Shown here one piece after another: positions 1 to 7,572 of a stretch of DNA of 64,000 nucleotides. Below the pieces are notes generated by a model. It was not told the DNA's origin and did not search any database. It worked only from the letters and a program-made list of their open reading frames with translations. Origin of the DNA: a virus (taxonomy: Duplodnaviria; Caudoviricetes); the IMG/VR virus record IMGVR_UViG_3300021425_003554; one strand, 5' to 3'. Numbering within the stretch: position 1 is the stretch's first letter; the number at the start of each line of letters is the position of its first letter. Both the position numbers and the translations under genes were made by a program.

Positions 1-119
1 TTGAAAAGTTTGATTCTGTTGATCAAATCGTGATCAAACAACTGGAAAGTGTAGATTCAAAAACGTACGATAAACAAATACTGATGGCCATATACAATAA
101 TTTAGATGTCAACAACTAA
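1..119 (+). CDS. 3' end of probable gp47/Mre11/SbcD-like recombination nuclease (partial)
   Basis: Frame from nt 3 reads EKFDSVDQIVIKQLESVDSKTYDKQILMAIYNNLDVNN* and lies just upstream of the Rad50/gp46 gene; the call rests on synteny and C-terminal resemblance only. Confidence 0.5.
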   Translation, partial: EKFDSVDQIVIKQLESVDSKTYDKQILMAIYNNLDVNN

Positions 120-267
120 AAAAATAACAAAGAAAAAACTTATGCAGATTTTAAAATCCGAACCTGAAGAAATTAATTTAATCAACGATTTCTTGTATCG
201 TAAACCCACGCAAAAGGAATGGATTGCTGGTTATTGGCGTTGGAGGAAAGAACAGGAAAAAAAATAG
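106..267 (+). CDS. small hypothetical protein (53 aa)
   Basis: MSTTKKITKKKLMQILKSEPEE...WRWRKEQEKK*; overlaps the upstream stop and abuts the gp46 ATG (TAGATG). Confidence 0.45.
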   Translation: MSTTKKITKKKLMQILKSEPEEINLINDFLYRKPTQKEWIAGYWRWRKEQEKK

Positions 268-2037
268 ATGCTGACTATTAAAACATTAACTGTAAAGAAT
301 TTTCTTTCTGTTGGTAATCAAGCACAGGCCATTAACTTCCAAGGTAAAAATCTTGTTTTAGTGATTGGTGAAAACATGGATCTTGGGGGCGACGATGCTG
401 GTGCAAGAAACGGAACAGGTAAAACAACTATAATCAATGCCATAAGTTACGCATTTTTTGGTGAAGCACTGACAAACATAAGAAAAGATAATCTAGTTAA
501 TAAGACCAACAACAAAGACATGGTGGTCGGTGTTGAATTTGAAAAGAATGGTATCAAATATAAAATTGAGAGGGGAAGAAAACCTCAAGTGCTTAGGTTC
601 TACGCCAACGACATAGAACAAGAATCAAACGAAGCACAAGGTGAAAACAGAGAAACGCAACATGAAATAAACAAATTGATCGGCATGACTCATGCTATGT
701 TTAAAAATATCATGGCATTAAACACATATTCACAACCCTTCTTGGCAACAAAACAAGCAGAACAAAGAGAAATTATTGAACAACTTTTGGGTATAACAAT
801 ACTTTCAGAGAAAGCAGACTTGCTTAAAGCACAAATGAAGGCAACTAAAGATGACGCAACAACAGAAAAATTTAAATTAGATTCGATTGTCAGTTCGAAT
901 GAAAAAATTAACGAATCAATTAAAAATTTAAAATTAAGAAACTCTGCGTGGGAAACTCAACAAAAAGACGATATTAAAAAATTTAAATTTGCCATTAGCG
1001 ATCTAGAAAAGGTAGATATTGAAAAAGAACTAGATTTACACAAACAAATACAAAAACACGAAGAAAATTCAAAAGCACTAAAAAGTTTGGAAAAAGAGAA
1101 AGCATACCACGAAGACAGTTTGACTAAAACAGTCAGACAAATTGGGTTGAAACAAAAAGATATTGAATATGCCAAAGAAGCCAAGTGTCCTACTTGTGAA
1201 CAAACTTTGCATGATGAAAAACATCAACAGTTGTTATCAAAACTGGAAAATGATCTTGACGAGTTACAAAAAGACGAAACAAAATTAACTAGTGATTTAG
1301 ATGCAATTAATAAAAACATTTCAGCAATTGGAGATATTGGTATTTTACCTGACACTTATTATGATACCATCGATGACGCCTATAATCATAAAGGATCACT
1401 GGCAGACTTGAAAAGACAACTAGAACAAACAGAAAACAAAGAAAATCCATATCAAGAACAAATCGAAGAACTGACTAAATCCGCATTACAAAAAGTTGAT
1501 TATACCAAAGTCAACGAACTAGAAGATTTATTAAAACATCAAGATTTTTTATACAAACTACTTACTGCAAAAGATTCGTTCATTCGAACACGAATTATCG
1601 AACAAAACTTAACATATTTAAATCAACGTCTGGCATGGTACTTGTCACAAGTTAAATTACCTCACACAGTGACCTTCCAATCAGATTTAACTGTGCAAAT
1701 TGAAGAACTGGGCAGAGAACTGGATTTTGATAATTTGAGTCGAGGTGAACGTAACAGATTGATACTTTCGTTGAGTTGGGCATTCAGAGATGTGTGGGAA
1801 AGTCTTTATCAACAGATCAACTTACTGTTCATTGACGAACTTATTGATGCAGGAATGGACACATCGGGTGTGGAATCTGCCATGGCAGTTTTGAAGGACA
1901 TGGCTCGTAAACAACAAAAAAATATATTCTTGATATCACACAAGGACGAGTTGGTGAGCAGAGTAAACTCTGTGTTAAAAGTGGTAAAAGAAAACGGTTT
2001 TACCAATTATGCCAACGATGTTGAAGTTATTATTTAG
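268..2037 (+). CDS. gp46: Rad50/SbcC-like recombination ATPase (T4 gp46-like)
   Basis: Walker A GARNGTGKTT, coiled coil with CPTC zinc hook, LSRGE signature, Walker B LLFIDE, H-loop ISHK. Confidence 0.95.
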   Translation: MLTIKTLTVKNFLSVGNQAQAINFQGKNLVLVIGENMDLGGDDAGARNGTGKTTIINAISYAFFGEALTNIRKDNLVNKTNNKDMVVGVEFEKNGIKYKIERGRKPQVLRFYANDIEQESNEAQGENRETQHEINKLIGMTHAMFKNIMALNTYSQPFLATKQAEQREIIEQLLGITILSEKADLLKAQMKATKDDATTEKFKLDSIVSSNEKINESIKNLKLRNSAWETQQKDDIKKFKFAISDLEKVDIEKELDLHKQIQKHEENSKALKSLEKEKAYHEDSLTKTVRQIGLKQKDIEYAKEAKCPTCEQTLHDEKHQQLLSKLENDLDELQKDETKLTSDLDAINKNISAIGDIGILPDTYYDTIDDAYNHKGSLADLKRQLEQTENKENPYQEQIEELTKSALQKVDYTKVNELEDLLKHQDFLYKLLTAKDSFIRTRIIEQNLTYLNQRLAWYLSQVKLPHTVTFQSDLTVQIEELGRELDFDNLSRGERNRLILSLSWAFRDVWESLYQQINLLFIDELIDAGMDTSGVESAMAVLKDMARKQQKNIFLISHKDELVSRVNSVLKVVKENGFTNYANDVEVII

Positions 2038-2038
2038 G

Positions 2039-2068
2039 TTGACTAAACCACAAATAGCGTCGTACAAT
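2039..2068 (+). promoter_or_regulatory. sigma70-like promoter
   Basis: TTGACT-N18-TACAAT upstream of an AAGGAG RBS and the 2111 ORF. Confidence 0.55.
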
Positions 2069-2110
2069 ACGAATATAGTTAATTAATTAACACAATACAA
2101 AGGAGAACAA

Positions 2111-2317
2111 ATGTCAGCAACACACGAGTCAATAATGACAGCAATTCAAACTTATTCCGAAGAGAATTCAAAATTCACGGAAAAAGGTGTTAAGGCATCA
2201 GCAACAAGAGCCAGAAAAGCACTTGCTGAACTTGGCAAATTAATTAAAGCAAGAAGAAAAGAAATTCAAGAAACTAAGAACGCAGAAAAAGCCGCATCGG
2301 CTCCTGCCGCTGAATAA
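2111..2317 (+). CDS. histone H1-like (Hc1-family) small basic DNA-binding protein
   Basis: 68 aa; KF.EKG.KASATRARKAL.EL.KL.K..RKEIQE pattern typical of short Hc1-like proteins; strong RBS. Confidence 0.75.
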   Translation: MSATHESIMTAIQTYSEENSKFTEKGVKASATRARKALAELGKLIKARRKEIQETKNAEKAASAPAAE

Positions 2318-2348
2318 TATTACTTCTTCTTTTTTGTTATAACAACAA

Positions 2349-2388
2349 AGAGCCCATGTATTTTAAAAGTACATGGGCTTTTTTTTAT
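2349..2388. terminator. intrinsic terminator between convergent genes
   Basis: AGCCCATGTA (2351-2360) / TACATGGGCT (2370-2379) stem followed by a T run. Confidence 0.8.
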
Positions 2389-2402
2389 TTCTGTATTTTT
2401 GA

Positions 2403-2921
2403 TTATTTTTTGATCCACTCGGCGTATAATCTATTACCACTGTCTTCCAAAATTTCTTTCAGTGTAAAGTTATACTTGTCGCACCATTCTACATTTTTAT
2501 CAATCGACCACGGATAAAATCTCACAGATTCAACCCCTTTCCATGGGTGATCTCCCGTGCCTGGATTCTGTCTCCAGTATATTCTATCACCGGTATTGGT
2601 TATTCTTGATAACTTGGCTATTTGAAATTCCACTTCTTGTTCTGTTCCAAAATTTAAACTTCCGAGAGCAAAATATACGTTAAACTTTTTATGTGGCTCA
2701 TAATCTTCCCAACTTATAACCTCATCTGCATTGTCGTTGGCAGGATCTATACCATATAATCTATCACCTAATTTTTCTTTGAATAAATTATAACCACAAC
2801 CTATATCTAATATCTGATCAGTTTTATTAATTTTATCCAATAACGCCCATCCTGAATATTTAAATTTTGAATAATTGGGTTTCCAATTATCACGAAAATA
2901 ACTTGTTTCCATTTCGTTCAT
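2403..2921 (-). CDS. class I SAM-dependent methyltransferase-like protein
   Basis: Motif I ILDIGCGYN, YGIDP; overlaps the upstream gene by 4 nt. Confidence 0.7.
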   Translation of the reverse strand: MNEMETSYFRDNWKPNYSKFKYSGWALLDKINKTDQILDIGCGYNLFKEKLGDRLYGIDPANDNADEVISWEDYEPHKKFNVYFALGSLNFGTEQEVEFQIAKLSRITNTGDRIYWRQNPGTGDHPWKGVESVRFYPWSIDKNVEWCDKYNFTLKEILEDSGNRLYAEWIKK

Positions 2922-3568
2922 ATCCTTTTTTTAATTTCCTTCTGTAAAAGATTATTTGTTTTGTCACTTTTTACACCCGTGATGACCAACATGGGTCTTG
3001 GCTTGTTGCTGGCGTTTGCTGTGGCGTGTGGTAAGTTTTGCCAATCGAACGTGTGTATATCACCGGATCTCCATCTGTCAAACTGCTGGTTACCATACAT
3101 CAGGAACTGACCGGGTTCCCAATCCTGCAACATCACCATTACACGTATAACATTATTTGGATCAGCATCTAAATCATATAATTTGTCTATGTGCATATTC
3201 AATACCTCACCAGTAAATTGTATGTGTAACTTAGATTTTACCGGTTCCAAACAAAAGAAATCGGTCATTCTTTGTAGCGTGGGGCATTTTGAAAAATCTT
3301 TTAAACCTCTGTATATGGTCATTTTGGGATCTGCACCTGCTTTTATTAAATCATTTTCTTCTGCTTGTACATCACCATCTGGTCTACCTGTGCCTTCCCT
3401 ACGATTGGCCCAATTCAATGGTTTGGCATCATCGATCACCGATTGTATTTCTGTTTGCCAACCGCCAGTGAATTTACCTAGATGTTGTACGCAGTCGGTA
3501 TCCCGGTGCCATTTGTTGAAGTGGTAGTTACTTCTTGTTTTCGCATCTTCCCAATTACTTGTAGACAT
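2918..3568 (-). CDS. 2OG-Fe(II) oxygenase (Asp/Asn beta-hydroxylase-like cupin)
   Basis: HxD (MHID), distal His (PHATAN) and Arg (KPRPMLVITG). Confidence 0.75.
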   Translation of the reverse strand: MSTSNWEDAKTRSNYHFNKWHRDTDCVQHLGKFTGGWQTEIQSVIDDAKPLNWANRREGTGRPDGDVQAEENDLIKAGADPKMTIYRGLKDFSKCPTLQRMTDFFCLEPVKSKLHIQFTGEVLNMHIDKLYDLDADPNNVIRVMVMLQDWEPGQFLMYGNQQFDRWRSGDIHTFDWQNLPHATANASNKPRPMLVITGVKSDKTNNLLQKEIKKRI

Positions 3569-4151
3569 ATACCTTGATATCCTTGTTCGCGTAGTTATGT
3601 GTATGTATGCTGTCCCTAGGGCCTGGTTCTTTTATTCCCAGCACCCGGCACAGGTCGAAGTTGTCCACGGGACAGGTTATCCTGTCTAGGTTTTGCTGTA
3701 TGAACTGTGCAATATCTGTGTTTTGATCCTGTATGTGCGTCCACATCCGGTCTAAGTTCTCAAAGTATTGATAGTTGGGATATGTGATCGTGAATTCTCC
3801 ACACAATTTCCACCAGTCATAACACTCTAGGTTGTTCCTTCGAACAATCACTATAGGATATCCCAACACCTTCAATTCATTAAGTTGGTGTGCGAACGTG
3901 TGCGATTTTATGATCCTCTTGCCTGTGCCTGAGAATGGCTTGTCCCAATTTTCTTTTGAATTTTCAAACTCCATGCCTGGATCCCAGTATGCTCCTGTGT
4001 GCATGAGTTGTCTGTGTCCGGGGGTGTCGGCATCGTGCCAGTAGGTTCTCTGATCAGAATAGTCTGTGTGATCTATGTCATCACTCCAGTAGATGTTCTT
4101 GACCACACTGCTCCACTTTGATCCCGGCGCCCCTGTGAACAATATGTACAT
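3555..4151 (-). CDS. P-loop sulfotransferase-like protein
   Basis: N-terminal ILFTGAPGSKWSS loop, IIKSH and IVIVRRN motifs resemble 5'- and 3'-PSB elements but are divergent. Confidence 0.5.
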   Translation of the reverse strand: MYILFTGAPGSKWSSVVKNIYWSDDIDHTDYSDQRTYWHDADTPGHRQLMHTGAYWDPGMEFENSKENWDKPFSGTGKRIIKSHTFAHQLNELKVLGYPIVIVRRNNLECYDWWKLCGEFTITYPNYQYFENLDRMWTHIQDQNTDIAQFIQQNLDRITCPVDNFDLCRVLGIKEPGPRDSIHTHNYANKDIKVYVYK

Positions 4152-4153
4152 TG

Positions 4154-5230
4154 TTATTTGGTTAGTTGTTCCTTATAGACTGTGTTATATCCCAACTGAT
4201 TTTTTCCAAAATCGGTCAATGTTTTCAATGCTGTTGGTGTTATAAATGATTTCAGTGTTTTCACAGCGGCATCACCGTCTGTGCCTGTTCTCCATTTGTA
4301 TTTTCCAACATTCTTTTCGATTGCCTTTATAGATTCTGGATCGTTGATCATCCTATTCAGTGCATCAACCAATTTATCTTTATTTGGATTACCTCTGTTT
4401 ACCCAAAATGCTTTTTGTAAGGCATCTCTCCAACTTTTCACAAGTTTGTATGCATCATAAAAGTCACCGCTTGGTTCAACACCGTGCATTGACTGAAACA
4501 ACTCTTCGAATGTTGGTTCAGAAAAATTAGGATCTTTGTCGTGTTTGCCGGTATCAACATTTAATAACCCATGATGGAACCAAGTGATAGCATCTCCAGA
4601 CTCTATCACAGGTGTCACGTGTTTTTTATATGCGGCTGGATTTTCTCTCGTTGCGTTTAGATCTCCTCTACGAAACGCAAGTCTCCTCTCAGATCCGCTC
4701 ATGCCTTTTACCCATACAATTTTTTCATTCCACGTTTGTATTACGTCACCGTTTGGTCCTGCCAATAACATCACAATGGCCATTATTTCCGGTGTCATTC
4801 CCGAACCCGAAGGAAATTTGATAGGACCATTTGATAGGTCTGCATTATCACGAGCACCCACAATAATGTTCAAGTTCATTTGTCCAATCGATTCCCAATC
4901 AAAATAATTGTAATCGACCGGTTCCATTAGATATGATATACCGTTACCTCCATGAGATACCAATATTGTTTTATCATCAAATCTTAATGTGTTTTGAAAT
5001 TCGTTTGGACCCAGTTGGTCTCTGGCACCTGGTTTGTAGATGAGATTGATCTTCTCACCCAAGTGTTTCTCCCATTCGGCCACAACTATCTGTGCCCACA
5101 CAGAAGTTCCACCCGACGGGTTCTGTGGCACGATTAAATTGTAATCTGCTTTTGCAATTTTTCCAAACATCACTCCCACCACAAGTATGCCAACTAGTAT
5201 GGCACTTTTTATCATTCTTTTTTTAAGCAT
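4154..5230 (-). CDS. tctC: tripartite tricarboxylate transporter substrate-binding protein (TctC/Bug family)
   Basis: Signal peptide (GKIAKA/DY), LIVPQNPSGGTSVWAQ equivalent to the Bug P..pGG..D motif, YKPGA; directly follows tctA. Confidence 0.75.
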   Translation of the reverse strand: MLKKRMIKSAILVGILVVGVMFGKIAKADYNLIVPQNPSGGTSVWAQIVVAEWEKHLGEKINLIYKPGARDQLGPNEFQNTLRFDDKTILVSHGGNGISYLMEPVDYNYFDWESIGQMNLNIIVGARDNADLSNGPIKFPSGSGMTPEIMAIVMLLAGPNGDVIQTWNEKIVWVKGMSGSERRLAFRRGDLNATRENPAAYKKHVTPVIESGDAITWFHHGLLNVDTGKHDKDPNFSEPTFEELFQSMHGVEPSGDFYDAYKLVKSWRDALQKAFWVNRGNPNKDKLVDALNRMINDPESIKAIEKNVGKYKWRTGTDGDAAVKTLKSFITPTALKTLTDFGKNQLGYNTVYKEQLTK

Positions 5231-6659
5231 AATCTATCCTGTTTTTTCTTGTTATTCCGACCCATGTTATCATTATAACACAGAGTATTATAAAAATAAA
5301 GACCGGTCTTTGAAAAATTTCATCGACCGAATGTAACGATATCAATTGGTATGACAAGTTGTAAATTCTATCACTTAAAAGATAACCGATCAACAACGCC
5401 GGTCTGCTTATTTTCATATATTTACAACCTAAGCCCAAGGCAGAAAAAATTACCAAAGTGGCAAGATCTTCCCAACCGCCGGTGTACTGCATGGTTGCCC
5501 AAATAATGATTGCTATTATGAAAGGAAAATAATAGATGTATGGTAATTTTGTTATATATCCTGCGAAATAAGCCAATCCATAACAGATAAAAGCAGTGAT
5601 GATCGTTCCTGCCAGGAAGCCAAATGTCATACTATCAAATAGTTGAGTATCATAGAACGTGTCTGGTGATCCCAGATCTATTCCTATGTACAGAAATAAT
5701 CCCATCAGGATGGCGGCAAAAGGTGCTCCCGGTATGCCAAACAACACAGTGGGAATAAAGGACGAGGCCTTCTGTGCATTGTTGGCTCCCTCGGCTCCTA
5801 TCACTCCTCTCACATTTCCATTTCCAAATTTTTCGTTTGGGTTTGAAGCAACCGTGGCACCATAACTCAACCAATCTGCCATTGCTCCACCCAGTCCGGG
5901 CAGTAGTCCTATGAACGAACCTATGGCTCCTCCGCGTATGCTATCTTTCCAGCAATGTAAAGTGTCTTTTATCCCTTGTAAAATTCCTGACCAACTGCCT
6001 TTCAATGCCGCGGCATCTACTGTCTGTTTTCTTTTACGCCAACCTTCCCATAATTCTGGTATGGCAAAAAGTCCTGCCACGAACGGCAATATCTGTACTC
6101 CATCCTCAAGGTATCTCCAGCCCATTGTGAAACGTGGCACATTGTTGGCATCCACTCCCACTAGGCCTATCACGACACCTAATATTATGGCTAGTATGCT
6201 TCTGATGTAATGCTTGGTTGATAAAAAACCCACCGTGACAAAAGCCAAAACCACCAACGCCCATAATTCCGGTATTCCCATGTACATCACAATGTTGGTA
6301 TAGTAAGGCAAAAATAAAAATGTGAGAGAACCAAATATCAATCCGTTTAGGGTGCTGGATGTGATTGCGGCACTCAGGGCTCGTGATGCTTCGCCGTTTC
6401 TTGCCATGGGGAATCCATCCACCATGGTTGCGGCCGCTGAATTGGCACCGGGTATGCCCAACAGCACACCGCTGAAAGAATCACCCGTTGTCGAGGATGC
6501 CACAACTGCCACACAGAATATCACGCCCAGGTAGGGATCGGATACAAAATAAGGCATCACACCAAACAGTGCTATCAATCCTGTGGTGGCTCCCGCGGCC
6601 GGTATTATGCCAATTATCAATCCAAAAAATATTCCGGCAAATAAAAATATCAGTTCCAT
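5223..6659 (-). CDS. tctA: tripartite tricarboxylate transporter large permease (TctA family)
   Basis: Multi-TM protein with GIIPAAG, LLGIPGANSAAATMVDGFPMARNGEA..AL, GLLPGLGG, AEGANNA...SFIP...FGIPG. Confidence 0.92.
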   Translation of the reverse strand: MELIFLFAGIFFGLIIGIIPAAGATTGLIALFGVMPYFVSDPYLGVIFCVAVVASSTTGDSFSGVLLGIPGANSAAATMVDGFPMARNGEASRALSAAITSSTLNGLIFGSLTFLFLPYYTNIVMYMGIPELWALVVLAFVTVGFLSTKHYIRSILAIILGVVIGLVGVDANNVPRFTMGWRYLEDGVQILPFVAGLFAIPELWEGWRKRKQTVDAAALKGSWSGILQGIKDTLHCWKDSIRGGAIGSFIGLLPGLGGAMADWLSYGATVASNPNEKFGNGNVRGVIGAEGANNAQKASSFIPTVLFGIPGAPFAAILMGLFLYIGIDLGSPDTFYDTQLFDSMTFGFLAGTIITAFICYGLAYFAGYITKLPYIYYFPFIIAIIIWATMQYTGGWEDLATLVIFSALGLGCKYMKISRPALLIGYLLSDRIYNLSYQLISLHSVDEIFQRPVFIFIILCVIMITWVGITRKNRIDYA

Positions 6660-6661
6660 TT

Positions 6662-7069
6662 CTATTTTTTTCTTATCATGCTTCCGTGTACTCTCACTCT
6701 GATGTGTCCGTTATAATAATCATCAGACTCCAACACCTTTCGAGCAAACTGTTCTCTGGCTTCCACGTAAGATAGTTCACCTTTGTTCTTGCAATAAAAT
6801 AATATCTCCCTGGTGAATTTATCGTTTCCTATTTTTTGTATGTCTTCCAGCAATGCATCACTGGAACCGTAATAATCTCTCCAATCGGAATCTACCTTGA
6901 ATCTTCTTTTATTTTTTCTGCCTTTTAACGGAGGTCTAGATCTTTTAAATTTTGCTAATTTTTTGCCAATATATTTCTTACCATTGGTTGTATTTGTTAT
7001 CTCGTACACAAATCCAACACAATCGTTTGGTAATTCATCGACCGGTTTTCCTTCAAACATCCACTGCAT
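6662..7069 (-). CDS. GIY-YIG-superfamily conserved T4-like phage protein
   Basis: GFVYEITNTTNGKKYIGKK, DWRDYYGSS, E.REQF; probable start MQWMFEG at 7069, just after a minus-strand TAAATA (7075-7080). Confidence 0.7.
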   Translation of the reverse strand: MQWMFEGKPVDELPNDCVGFVYEITNTTNGKKYIGKKLAKFKRSRPPLKGRKNKRRFKVDSDWRDYYGSSDALLEDIQKIGNDKFTREILFYCKNKGELSYVEAREQFARKVLESDDYYNGHIRVRVHGSMIRKK

Positions 7070-7124
7070 GATGGTATTTAAACTCAATACTGTTCACCGA
7101 ATTTTATTTGATTGTTATATAGTA

Positions 7125-7570
7125 GTGATAGGCAACAGTATCTATCCGACAGGCAAAATCAAAAAAATATTTAGGCAAACATAGCATCGCAACCAGTGAG
7201 CAAGGAAATGCGGCTAACAAGCGACAGGTGAATCCTTTGATGCAAACGGCAAAAAATGATGGGGCTCTTAGAAAAAGTTAAACCCCAGGTTTACCAAAAA
7301 CTATTATGCAAGGGTTTGGTAGGCTCGCGTTGTAATGAATGAGCAAATGGGTACAGCACAACCGCCCAACCACGGTAGCGATGTATAGTGACTGCGAACT
7401 CACCACAGGGTTCAAGTCGGTTCGGCTAGAAATAGCCGAATTGTGACTGCTCATCTACCACAGGGGACGCATAAATGCGTCGTTCCGCAAATGTAACTAC
7501 TGCGTAAAGCGTAAATTAAAAAAAAGAAACGAGCGTAAGCGAAGTTTCAGATGGCTGTAAGCCATCTTTG
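7125..7570 (+). ncRNA. candidate large structured ncRNA (ROOL-like, unverified)
   Basis: ~450 nt with no ORF covering it; at least 8 hairpins or stems including GNRA loops, a long-range CATCGC/GCGATG pair, an internal direct repeat, an extended -10-like TGTTATATA upstream and a terminal hairpin at 7549-7567. Confidence 0.65.
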
Positions 7571-7572
7571 TA

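Noticed and set aside
6662-7087. GIY-YIG protein as a mobile homing endonuclease or intron ORF
   Set aside because: Short single-domain protein lacking DNA-binding extensions, not interrupting any gene; looks like a conserved T4-like gene
7405-7425. GGTTCAAGTC resembling a tRNA T-loop
   Set aside because: Flanks do not form a T-stem and no cloverleaf or acceptor stem can be built; at most a T-loop module inside the larger RNA
7388-7465. Direct repeat as a mini CRISPR array
   Set aside because: Only two copies, with variation inside the repeat, no spacer series and no cas genes in the window
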